From a virus (lineage: Duplodnaviria > Caudoviricetes), in IMG/VR virus record IMGVR_UViG_3300022178_000090, positions 1 through 26,140 of that record: DNA of 26,140 nt; one strand, given 5' to 3'. Made by a program: the position numbers and the translations under genes. Below, piece by piece: positions 17,660-24,932 of this stretch. Every line of letters begins with the position of its first letter. The stretch's first letter is position 1. The notes under the pieces are model-generated. The model saw only the letters and a list, made by a program, of their open reading frames with translations, had not been told where the DNA came from and did no database searches.

Positions 17660-18874
17660 TTATGTCCACCTAGTCGGCTGGGTTGCTTCATATTGTCTGT
17701 GAATGGGGTGCAAGTAGTCAACCAGATAGCCGAGCGCATCGTTCATGTGGTCAAAGCCAGAATCTTTATCTGGTTGGCTAGTGCCTTCCTTATAAACTTG
17801 TCTTTCAAGGCTCTTGATCGTTTGCTTGCATTTCGGGTCAACAAATAAATGCCGCCGCCCATCCGCTGATTTTAGTCTAGCGTTTACAGCGTTGATTCTA
17901 TCGCGGATTGCAGAATGAGCGTTTCTAGATTTAACCACAAATCCAGCGTTTTGCAAAATGGATAAGTCTGTGCGCCCACCCGCTGACGTTTTGCGCTGTC
18001 GGCTTGCTGGGTCTGGGTAAATCACAATCTGCCGATTCCTGTATCTGGTTTTAATCTCGTCCACCATTTCATCGGTGTTTGAGCCGTAGATCACAATTTC
18101 GTCTAGTGCCTTTAACGTGCCGCCATCACGGATGCAGACTACCGCGCTCATTGGGTCTAGGTTGAAGTCCATCCCAATGTGCAGGGTTGAGCCATCGTCC
18201 TCCACCTTGGAAACAGTTTCGTCTCGGTGGAAGTTGTAATAAATGATGCCAGCATAGTTGACAAATGCCGCCTCAAACTCTTGTTTGAACGTGCGCTCAT
18301 CCATATCGGCTTTGGCTGACTCAACTTCACTTTGCGCCACGTTGCCGCCTTGCAAGGTTGTAAACTGCCAAGACGCCCAATGTTCTTGGCCATCAACCCC
18401 ACGCGCCCATAAATCCCTAAAGTGGTTCATGCCCTTTGGGGTTCCAATCCACATAGCAGAGCCTTGCCTGTCAGCCAACGCAGGACGAATAACCTCAAAC
18501 CACGTTTCTGGTTTCATGTCGGCAAACTCATCCATCACTACAAAATCCAATGATCGACCACGGAGATTGTTTGGCTTCTCGGCACCTTTTAGGCTAATTT
18601 TGGAGCCGTTTAGCAGGGTTATGGTCAGGCTGGACTCGTTGCGTTTTGCTATGTATTCAGCGGGTATTAACTCAAGGAACATATCCCAAGCAATCTCCTT
18701 TGCCGCCCCATAAGTCGGCGCAACGTACCAGCAATGTTTATTTTTGCCAGATACCGCCGCACGCATCAACTCGGCGTTGCTTAGAAACGTCTTGCCAAAA
18801 CGCCTGCCAGCCACAACAACACGCCAGCGGCTTTTGCTGTTGAATATCTCGCTCTGAGCGTCAGTTAGTTCCAT
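17660..18874 (-). CDS. terL: Terminase large subunit
   Basis: Walker A VVVAGRRFGKT, LRG and Walker B FVVMDE, coupling motif GTP, RNase-H-like nuclease GMDFN...DH..DA..Y. Start placed at ATG 18874. Confidence 0.95.
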   Translation of the reverse strand: MELTDAQSEIFNSKSRWRVVVAGRRFGKTFLSNAELMRAAVSGKNKHCWYVAPTYGAAKEIAWDMFLELIPAEYIAKRNESSLTITLLNGSKISLKGAEKPNNLRGRSLDFVVMDEFADMKPETWFEVIRPALADRQGSAMWIGTPKGMNHFRDLWARGVDGQEHWASWQFTTLQGGNVAQSEVESAKADMDERTFKQEFEAAFVNYAGIIYYNFHRDETVSKVEDDGSTLHIGMDFNLDPMSAVVCIRDGGTLKALDEIVIYGSNTDEMVDEIKTRYRNRQIVIYPDPASRQRKTSAGGRTDLSILQNAGFVVKSRNAHSAIRDRINAVNARLKSADGRRHLFVDPKCKQTIKSLERQVYKEGTSQPDKDSGFDHMNDALGYLVDYLHPIHRQYEATQPTRWT

Positions 18875-19232
18875 CGTTACGAACAACAATATTGATTGGC
18901 GGCAAGTCTCGCTCTGCTTCTTTATCTTCTTTCCATCCAGCCTGTGTTTTTAAGTAAAAAATAGCCGCACTAATATTTCCCATTTGAGCCTGACTTATTA
19001 AGTTCTTGGCCACATTACCGATAGCTTTGGCCTTGCCTCTTTTATACGCCTCAGAAACCTCAGGTTGTCTTTCCTCTATTTCTCGCAAGGTATTCTCGCT
19101 AATGCTGAAATAATCAGCCATCTGGCCTTTAGATAGTACAGCGGCAAGCGCTTCTACTTGTGCGGTCTGTGCCTCATCAAACACTACGGGTGGTCGGCCT
19201 CCACCATCGCCTTGGTTGCCTACTTTAGCCAT
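18861..19232 (-). CDS. terS: Terminase small subunit
   Basis: 123 aa overlapping terL. GRP, HTH-like ADYFSISENTL, and G...AAIFYLK...GW motif. Confidence 0.85.
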   Translation of the reverse strand: MAKVGNQGDGGGRPPVVFDEAQTAQVEALAAVLSKGQMADYFSISENTLREIEERQPEVSEAYKRGKAKAIGNVAKNLISQAQMGNISAAIFYLKTQAGWKEDKEAERDLPPINIVVRNDGTN

Positions 19233-20430
19233 TTACAACCTCCGCAAAGGCTTCACCAGTCACCTCATGGTAGGCAGTCTTACCTGTGAACTCTTGCCAC
19301 CGTTTAATGATGACGTCGCAGTATTTTGAATCAAGTTCCATTATTCGAGCATGGCGACCAATTTTCTGAGATGCAATCAAAGTGCTACCAGAGCCTCCAA
19401 ATAAATCAAGAATTACATCGCCGCCTTTGCTAGAGTTGTTAATTGCTCTTTCAACCAAGCCAACTGGTTTTGGCGTTGTATGACCAACAACTCTTTCTTT
19501 ATCAAATCTCCAAACAGATGTTTGCTTGCGGTCTGAATACCAACTGTGTTTTCCATTGTCCATCCATCCGTAAAGGCATGGCTCATGCTGACTTTGATAG
19601 TCTGTTTGACTTAATGTAAGACTATTTTTAGTCCAAATAATCATTGAACTAAAATGAAAGAACTCTCTAAATACTTTGTGGAATACATCCGCGCATCGGT
19701 CTGAATGAAAGCAATAAATTGACGCCCCTGATTTAGAGGTTGCAATATAGTTAGCAAAGACTTCTCTAAGTAAATCCTCTAGACCATCTCTTGAGTCGTT
19801 ATTTATACCTTTGTAGTCCACTCCATAAGGCGGGTCGGTGAAAACCATATCGGCCTTCTGACCACTCATCAGCTTATCCACCGCATCAATGCTGGTGCTG
19901 TCCCCGCACATCAACCGATGGTTGCCAAGTATCCAAACGTCACCCTCAACGGTTACGGGTGTTTCTGGTAGTTCTGGGACTTCATCCTCATCGGTCAAGC
20001 CTTCTACCTGCTCAGGCTCCAGTAGGTTTGCCAACTCATCAGCATCAAAGCCAATTAGGGACAAGTCAAAGTCCAAGTCTTTTAATTCTGACAATTCAAC
20101 CTTGAGCATCTCATCGTCCCACCCTGCGTTTAGAGCCAGCTTGTTGTCGGCAATGATGTAGGCTTTCTTTTGCGCCTCTGACAAGTAAGCCAACCGTAAG
20201 CAAGGCACTTCGTCCAGCCCCAGCTTGCGTGCCGCTAACGTGCGACCGTGGCCAGCAATAATGCCGCCATCTTCGTCAATCAGTACGGGGTTGGTAAAGC
20301 CGAACTCTTTAATGCTTGCGGCTATCTGCGCGACTTGCGCGTCTGAATGTGTGCGGCTGTTCCGAGCGTAGGGAATCAGCGCATCAATGCTAATGCTTTC
20401 TAAATTCCCGACTTTATCCATAGTCGTCAT
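19225..20430 (-). CDS. ParB-like domain fused to N4/N6 DNA methyltransferase (beta class)
   Basis: N-terminal L.PY.RN.RTH...SI.EFGFTNP...IIAGHGR...ADNK (ParB/Srx fold). Catalytic FTDPPY precedes SAM-binding LDLFGGSGST, with H.T.KP between them. Confidence 0.92.
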   Translation of the reverse strand: MTTMDKVGNLESISIDALIPYARNSRTHSDAQVAQIAASIKEFGFTNPVLIDEDGGIIAGHGRTLAARKLGLDEVPCLRLAYLSEAQKKAYIIADNKLALNAGWDDEMLKVELSELKDLDFDLSLIGFDADELANLLEPEQVEGLTDEDEVPELPETPVTVEGDVWILGNHRLMCGDSTSIDAVDKLMSGQKADMVFTDPPYGVDYKGINNDSRDGLEDLLREVFANYIATSKSGASIYCFHSDRCADVFHKVFREFFHFSSMIIWTKNSLTLSQTDYQSQHEPCLYGWMDNGKHSWYSDRKQTSVWRFDKERVVGHTTPKPVGLVERAINNSSKGGDVILDLFGGSGSTLIASQKIGRHARIMELDSKYCDVIIKRWQEFTGKTAYHEVTGEAFAEVVNG

Positions 20431-20458
20431 GTATATCCCCTAAAACAAAGGTATATGT

Positions 20459-20486
20459 ATTTTACCCAAAAAAACGCCCACCGCAA
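20459..20486 (-). promoter_or_regulatory. Candidate sigma70 promoter for the packaging/late operon
   Basis: Minus strand TTGCGG (20481-20486), 16 nt, TAAAAT (20459-20464), about 30 nt upstream of the ParB-MTase ATG. Confidence 0.45.
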
Positions 20487-20495
20487 GGCAGGCGT
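20468..20495 (-). terminator. Intrinsic terminator after ninG
   Basis: Minus strand ACGCCTGCC-TTGC-GGTGGGCGT hairpin running into a T7 tract. Confidence 0.85.
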
Positions 20496-20526
20496 AAGTT
20501 GGTTAGACCAACAAGGAGAAGTAGGT

Positions 20527-21069
20527 TCAGTTTAGACCCTCTTTGGTCAGTTGTCTAGCCTGTTCGTTGTAATGTCTGGCTATCTCAATCAAGGCTTCTT
20601 TGGTGTACTTCCTTAGAGTTCCGTCAGTCTCTAGAAGTTCCAATTGCCTTTCACCTATTCGCTCCAGTAGGCGCTTGCGGTACTCAACGTGGTTGCCTGC
20701 CAGCCAGTTGTTGCAATGTTTGCATTGACCGTGGACGTTATCCTCCACAAATCGCATATGGGAAGCCGAGCCAACCGAACGATAGTGACCAGCGTCGAAC
20801 GTGTTAGCGCCGCCGTCCAAAGGTTTATCACAGCTTATGCAAGGCTTTCCAACATCCCTCGCCCTGATATAAGCGTTAAAGGCTGTCTGGGCTTTCTTGA
20901 CCAGTTGGGGCTTGGTCTGCATAGCGTCCAGCTTTAGCTTGGTTTCTTTTTTTTCAGCCTTGTCTACCACCTGCCTTGCGACCTTCATAGCGCAGACTGG
21001 GCTACACACCTTTTGCATTGGCCTGACAGGAGTGAACTGGACGCCACAGGACTTGCACTTCTTACTCAT
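20527..21069 (-). CDS. ninG: NinG/Rap-like recombination endonuclease
   Basis: CKSC...F.P.R..QKVCS..CA, FNAYIR.RD...PCISC, DAGHYRS.G....RF.EDN.H.QC..CN are the lambda NinG signature. Confidence 0.9.
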   Translation of the reverse strand: MSKKCKSCGVQFTPVRPMQKVCSPVCAMKVARQVVDKAEKKETKLKLDAMQTKPQLVKKAQTAFNAYIRARDVGKPCISCDKPLDGGANTFDAGHYRSVGSASHMRFVEDNVHGQCKHCNNWLAGNHVEYRKRLLERIGERQLELLETDGTLRKYTKEALIEIARHYNEQARQLTKEGLN

Positions 21070-21469
21070 GGATGGTTACCCCATTCTCAGCACACCAAGC
21101 CATCAGCCACTCTGAAAATTCTGAGGCTTGTGCTTTTGTAAATTTTCGTGTTTGAAGACCCAATTGGACAATACCATCCCCTGTCAAATTGGGAATGACT
21201 TGCCCCGAACTTTGCCCAATCTCTCTGGTGTAGGTATCAACCAGAAGCCGCTTCCAAGATTCGGTGTCCCAAGTAGAACCCAAATGGCGAGCCTGTTTAG
21301 CGATCTGGTTGATGATGGAATGATACAGCGCGTTTTGGTCTTGCGTGCGGGTTTCCTTGTCAACTTGAACCACCAAAGCAACACCGTTATCCAGCGCTGG
21401 CTTCATCTTTTCCCACAGTTGGCGCATCTGCTCCACCCCCTGCTGGCTGTTCCGTAATGTCATTTTCAT
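21062..21469 (-). CDS. ninB: NinB/Orf-like recombination mediator
   Basis: RT.DQNA.YH.....IA.Q, WK, and G..T.K......SEF.E...A motifs; adjacent to ninG. Confidence 0.85.
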   Translation of the reverse strand: MKMTLRNSQQGVEQMRQLWEKMKPALDNGVALVVQVDKETRTQDQNALYHSIINQIAKQARHLGSTWDTESWKRLLVDTYTREIGQSSGQVIPNLTGDGIVQLGLQTRKFTKAQASEFSEWLMAWCAENGVTIHE

Positions 21470-21764
21470 ATTCGTTTTCCCTAACTGCCGTCATGCAAGT
21501 TCGAATGTTTTGAGCGTGCCCAGCCCCCCGCTTACTGGCGATACGGTTTAACGCCTCTCGTAGCCAAGGGTTTCGCTCGGCTTTGTCTCTGGCATAGAAC
21601 ATCTGCACCAACTCACGCGCCGTTGCCATATCGTCGATTTGCTTTTGTTGGGCGGCAACCTTTTCAAAGTGGGCACGTTGCTCATCAGTAAATGGGGATT
21701 TCCAAGTCGCCCGTTGCTTTGAGGGCTTCGTCAACGACGTGGGGAGGGTAGATTGCACCATCAC
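21387..21764 (-). CDS. Hypothetical protein (true start uncertain)
   Basis: Open frame filling the gap between the 39-aa ORF and ninB; overlaps both. Confidence 0.55.
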   Translation of the reverse strand: MMVQSTLPTSLTKPSKQRATWKSPFTDEQRAHFEKVAAQQKQIDDMATARELVQMFYARDKAERNPWLREALNRIASKRGAGHAQNIRTCMTAVRENEYENDITEQPAGGGADAPTVGKDEASAG

Positions 21765-21804
21765 GAATCCTGTTTAATATTTTGTTGGCTAGTTCGCGGC
21801 TCAT
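21685..21804 (-). CDS. 39-aa hypothetical protein
   Basis: Manual translation MSRELANKILNRIRDGAIYPPHVVDEALKATGDLEIPIY. Starts 6 nt after the previous stop, with GGGTG upstream. Confidence 0.65.
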   Translation of the reverse strand: MSRELANKILNRIRDGAIYPPHVVDEALKATGDLEIPIY

Positions 21805-21810
21805 TCGTAG

Positions 21811-21930
21811 TCACCCGCACGCGAGTGCATAAGCAACGCCAGCATAAAAACAAACAGTATGAACGATAAATATAAAAACCAAACAGACCATGAAATCAAC
21901 ATATATTTGCTCCTTCAGATATTCGTGCAT
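21811..21930 (-). CDS. 39-aa single-TM membrane peptide
   Basis: MHEYLKEQIYVDFMVCLVFIFIVHTVCFYAGVAYALACG from ATG 21930; hydrophobic core. Confidence 0.55.
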   Translation of the reverse strand: MHEYLKEQIYVDFMVCLVFIFIVHTVCFYAGVAYALACG

Positions 21931-22276
21931 TTTCTTCTGCCCTTTCCTTTTTTTGTAACCTTGCTTGCTTTCTCTCCTCTTTCCTGCGCTCGTACTCAAG
22001 GCGACGGTCAAGGTTCGTTTTACGCGGCTTTGGCTTGTCTAGCTTATCGCCAGCGGCGTACACAGGAGTCTGATAGCGTCCAAGGGTATCTCGCCGCCAA
22101 TCACAAATGTGAATCAAGCCTTGACCGTGTAACGCTCTTATCCACCGCCAAGAGGTCAAGATGGCTATCTCCAAAGTGTCAGCCAAGTCATGAGCGCTCA
22201 TCTGCTTTTCGTAATGCTCAAACAACTTCCACGTTTTCGCCAGCATGATGTGGTCGATTTGGATTAACTTACGCAT
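21896..22276 (-). CDS. Winged-HTH DNA-binding protein
   Basis: MSAHDLADTLEI...TSWRWIRALH.QGLIHI..W pattern typical of wHTH domains; basic tail. Confidence 0.7.
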   Translation of the reverse strand: MRKLIQIDHIMLAKTWKLFEHYEKQMSAHDLADTLEIAILTSWRWIRALHGQGLIHICDWRRDTLGRYQTPVYAAGDKLDKPKPRKTNLDRRLEYERRKEERKQARLQKKERAEENARISEGANIC

Positions 22277-22736
22277 CGATTACTTTCCCCTTTTTCTGTT
22301 TTAGTGTTGCCGCAATGGTGTCTAACGCTTTGTCAAGCATCGCCAAAGTACACACCTCCATTTGTGCGTCATGCACCTCATAACCCGTTTTTATGGCAGA
22401 AAGTTCCTCGCCACGGCAAACGAACCTGTCGTTTAACTCAAGAGACCGCTTACAAACGGCGTAGAGGGCGCTAGAAGCGTCTAAAACTAGTTGGCGGTAC
22501 TCTACCCCTACCCCAAGCATACAAAGCGCCTCAGCGACGTTTATGACCCCGATAATGATGTCGGCTTCTTGTCGTGTTGCCGTGCCTTTTGTCAGCGAGT
22601 CAAGCGCACTCATGTTTTTCAGGTGCATGGTGACGTACTCGGATTCCTTGGCGGATACCTTTGTCATCCCGCTGACCACCCAATGCATTGCGTCAAGGCG
22701 CACGCCCCTTGGTTTGTATTTTGACTTCTTACGCAT
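22269..22736 (-). CDS. Hypothetical protein downstream of replication initiator
   Basis: 155 aa from MRKKSKYKPRGV (ATG 22736, 1 nt after the initiator stop, GAGGG upstream). Confidence 0.75.
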   Translation of the reverse strand: MRKKSKYKPRGVRLDAMHWVVSGMTKVSAKESEYVTMHLKNMSALDSLTKGTATRQEADIIIGVINVAEALCMLGVGVEYRQLVLDASSALYAVCKRSLELNDRFVCRGEELSAIKTGYEVHDAQMEVCTLAMLDKALDTIAATLKQKKGKVIDA

Positions 22737-22737
22737 C

Positions 22738-23505
22738 TCAAGCCCTCTTGAATGCTGAGTTAATCTGGTCTCGGATATGCGCTGGCATCGGAACAGCTTT
22801 CTTCCTGTCAGCCATAATCTCTTTGAGCGCGGCGTCCTGACCCGCTGGGGCTGGCACAGTAGTCCGAGCAACGTCAGCGGCAACTTGTGCAAACGTCTGT
22901 TTTTCTTTCACCCATTCAGCGTTAAACCCAGTCCAGCCCCTAGCGCATATTTCTGCCAAGGCGTCCTCAAGTGACCAGCCAGCCTTTTCTGCTTGGTTGC
23001 GAATCTTCGTGATGACCGTATCGCTGACAGGAGCCTTCTTAGCTTTGCGCTGTTTGACAAAATCATCCCAAACAGATTGTGATACGCCGTCAGGCGGTGT
23101 ATTACTTGGTTTATGGTTATTGGTTATTGGTTTATGGTTAGGTGGCGATTCGTCAACGACTTGTGCACGGTTCGTGCGATTCTCTCTACGCTTCGCCTCC
23201 CTTTCAATGGCAATCGTTTTGTTTTTGTCTGCCTTTGAGTGGTAGTCAAGTAATTCAGCAAGGATTCTTTCTTGCACATACTCGCCATCTTCACCGAGCG
23301 TGAAGAACCGACTTAAGACAAATTTGACAGCCTCAATCTCGGCTTCTGTGCTTGCCCATGTCCATTCAATTGCTTGCTCAAGCGTTGGGAACTTTTCACG
23401 GTCGTAACACGAATCAATAAGAAGCGTGTACGCGCCGTGCTGGAGCATGGTCAAGCGACCAGTCTTTTTAGCGTAGTCGCCAAGATTTCTTTTGTAGTAG
23501 TGCAT
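22738..23505 (-). CDS. Replication initiator (DUF1376/YdaU N-terminal domain, lambda O analogue)
   Basis: MHYY....GDY...T..L...HGAY.LL.D..Y..E motif, low-complexity linker with DNA repeats, C-terminal W.DF...RK.KKA....RGW.GF..EW. AAGGTGAG SD before ATG 23505. Confidence 0.85.
   Translation of the reverse strand: MHYYKRNLGDYAKKTGRLTMLQHGAYTLLIDSCYDREKFPTLEQAIEWTWASTEAEIEAVKFVLSRFFTLGEDGEYVQERILAELLDYHSKADKNKTIAIEREAKRRENRTNRAQVVDESPPNHKPITNNHKPSNTPPDGVSQSVWDDFVKQRKAKKAPVSDTVITKIRNQAEKAGWSLEDALAEICARGWTGFNAEWVKEKQTFAQVAADVARTTVPAPAGQDAALKEIMADRKKAVPMPAHIRDQINSAFKRA
23107..23141. repeat. Five tandem 7-bp repeats, putative origin iterons inside initiator gene
   Basis: TGGTTTA TGGTTAT TGGTTAT TGGTTTA TGGTTAG, located in the inter-domain linker as for lambda ori within O. 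Confidence 0.7.
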
Positions 23506-23538
23506 ATTGCTCACCTTTTCATCGCTCCCTAGATGAAA

Positions 23539-23605
23539 GAAACGACGGCGGGAGAGGGAGGAACTCCATTCGGTCTGCTCATGACTTCAGACCTAGCCGC
23601 GTTTC
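23539..23605 (-). ncRNA. Three-way-junction structured RNA, C4/c4-2-like phage riboregulator candidate
   Basis: Minus strand closing stem GAAACG-CGGC/GCCG-T-CGTTTC, P2 GGTCTG/CAGACC (loop AAGTCATGAG), P3 GGAG/CTCC (loop TTCCTCCCT). Begins 5 nt after a TAGAAT -10-like box. Family resemblance is from memory, not a search. Confidence 0.65.
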
Positions 23606-23608
23606 AAA

Positions 23609-23797
23609 CTATTCTACATCAACAACTTGATGTTGAAGCAAGGCTTCGTATTCTTTTTTAAGAAAATGAATCCAGTCGACCAAAGCGTCGGCTTGGACAA
23701 CCCAGTCTTGCTCTTTAAAGTCATTCATAAAAGCAACCTTGCCTTCGCCACTTTCGTTGCTAAAGCTAAGTTTTGCGTATTGGTATGTGTGTCTCAT
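23609..23797 (-). CDS. Hypothetical protein (62 aa)
   Basis: ATGA-coupled to the DUF3310 gene, AGGAG SD. Confidence 0.7.
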   Translation of the reverse strand: MRHTYQYAKLSFSNESGEGKVAFMNDFKEQDWVVQADALVDWIHFLKKEYEALLQHQVVDVE

Positions 23798-23997
23798 TTT
23801 TGTCTCCTTTGAATCTCGCGTTGTAAGTACCAGACTGCCTTCTCCAAGTCTTCAATGGCGTCGTTTTTGAGGTCGGCGCGCCAGATGTACTTGACAGCAT
23901 TGCCAAGGCAGAAGTTCATATGCTCGGTTATGTCTATGCACTCAACGTGGCTGGGGTGAGCCATGTAGTGCGCTGGGTTGTTTACTGGGTCGTGCAT
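23794..23997 (-). CDS. DUF3310 family (T7 gp1.7-like nucleotide kinase family) protein
   Basis: DPVN.P.HY......ECID......F.LGNAVKYIWRA..K....EDL.KA.WYL.REI signature; GGAGG SD. Confidence 0.88.
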   Translation of the reverse strand: MHDPVNNPAHYMAHPSHVECIDITEHMNFCLGNAVKYIWRADLKNDAIEDLEKAVWYLQREIQRRQK

Positions 23998-24173
23998 TAG
24001 TCTGTTCCTCCAAAGTTTTCCTTGTTTAAGTCGTTGCGTTGGATAGTCTCAATGGCCATGACGCAGTTGAATTGCAAGCTGTTAAGCCACAATACAGCCT
24101 CAATCTCTGTGTCGGGCTGTTGCCGCACAAGGGCGTTCAGGTCAGCCATAAAGTCTTGAAATGTTGGGTTCAT
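23997..24173 (-). CDS. 58-aa hypothetical protein
   Basis: Manual translation MNPTFQDFMADLNALVRQQPDTEIEAVLWLNSLQFNCVMAIETIQRNDLNKENFGGTD. Abuts the MTase stop, TAATG-coupled downstream, AAGGA SD. Confidence 0.75.
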   Translation of the reverse strand: MNPTFQDFMADLNALVRQQPDTEIEAVLWLNSLQFNCVMAIETIQRNDLNKENFGGTD

Positions 24174-24932
24174 TTAAATATCCTTAGTTAAGATTTGCCA
24201 AGCTGTTGCTGCCACTTCTGGAACTTGCCCGTTTCCACAGGCTTTAACTCTGTCCAATCTTGAGGCCATCCCATCATCCATTCCGAGAAATTCGCTGGCA
24301 AATGACTTCCAGTCATCAGTCGATAAGCACTTGTTAGCTTCGCTCCAAACTCCGTGCCAGTTTTTTGACTTGTCCTCACAAATCTTTTGCCTGTATAAGT
24401 TATCCCGCTTGTTTGGCCTGTCATGTGGTCTGTTGCTACGGGAGTTGGCCACCAACCAAAATCGTTCCCTTCTATGGGGTGCGCCAACGAAATCTGCTCC
24501 CACAATACCCCATCTTGCATCAAACCCCAATTTGGAAAGGTCTGCAAGCACTCTGCCAAGTCCGTTATTAACGAGCATTGGGGAGTTTTCCACAAAAACG
24601 AATTTGGGTCTAACTTCGCCAATAACCCTCCCCATCTCTCTCCATAATCCACTTCGCTCCCCGTCAAGTCCTGCGCCTCCACCTGCGGCTGACAAATCTT
24701 GGCATGGAAAGCCGCCAGATACGACGTCAACAATTCCTCGCCACGGTTCCCCGTCAAAGGTTTGTACGTCATCCCATACTGGGAAAGGCGGGAGAAGTCC
24801 GTCATTTTGTCGGGCGCACAGTACGCTTGCTGGGTAGGGTTCCCACTCGACTGCACAGACGGTTCGCCATCCAAGCAACTTGCCCCCAAGTATTCCTCCA
24901 CCAGCGCCTGCGAATAAAGCCAACTCATTCAT
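24174..24932 (-). CDS. C5 cytosine DNA methyltransferase, alpha polypeptide
   Basis: Motif I LFAGAGG, IV GGFPCQD, VI ENS, VIII H.RER, X GNGQVP. Only 252 aa and no recognisable motif IX. Confidence 0.92.
   Translation of the reverse strand: MNELALFAGAGGGILGGKLLGWRTVCAVEWEPYPASVLCARQNDGLLPPFPVWDDVQTFDGEPWRGIVDVVSGGFPCQDLSAAGGGAGLDGERSGLWREMGRVIGEVRPKFVFVENSPMLVNNGLGRVLADLSKLGFDARWGIVGADFVGAPHRRERFWLVANSRSNRPHDRPNKRDNLYRQKICEDKSKNWHGVWSEANKCLSTDDWKSFASEFLGMDDGMASRLDRVKACGNGQVPEVAATAWQILTKDI
24188..24928 (-). CDS. Alternative-frame beta polypeptide of the C5 methyltransferase
   Basis: 246-codon open frame nested in the alpha gene, with ATG 8 nt from the AAGGAGG SD. C-terminal WPTP.A.D and LPANFSEWMMGWPQDWT resemble motif IX. 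Confidence 0.75.
   Translation of the reverse strand: MSWLYSQALVEEYLGASCLDGEPSVQSSGNPTQQAYCAPDKMTDFSRLSQYGMTYKPLTGNRGEELLTSYLAAFHAKICQPQVEAQDLTGSEVDYGERWGGLLAKLDPNSFLWKTPQCSLITDLAECLQTFPNWGLMQDGVLWEQISLAHPIEGNDFGWWPTPVATDHMTGQTSGITYTGKRFVRTSQKTGTEFGAKLTSAYRLMTGSHLPANFSEWMMGWPQDWTELKPVETGKFQKWQQQLGKS

Noticed and set aside
18258-18713. 151-aa plus-strand ORF within terL and similar antisense ORFs across structural genes
   Set aside because: Typical antisense shadows of strongly biased coding frames; no independent signals.
22737-22892. N-terminal extension of the 22269..22892 track ORF (similar extensions at 3782-3802, 7686-7736, 18875-18889)
   Set aside because: Extensions overlap upstream genes; downstream ATGs coupled to the preceding gene are better starts.
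23107-23141. Repeat array as CRISPR or phase-variable tract
   Set aside because: 7-bp units without spacers, inside an intact reading frame; fits iterons better.
23539-23605. Structured RNA as a tRNA
   Set aside because: Only two internal arms; no T-loop GTTC motif, 7-nt anticodon loop or CCA end.
24331-24837. 168-aa plus-strand ORF antisense to the dual-coded methyltransferase (possible third overlapping gene)
   Set aside because: TTG start, no SD, Ser/Pro-rich shadow composition; explained as the antisense of a coding frame.
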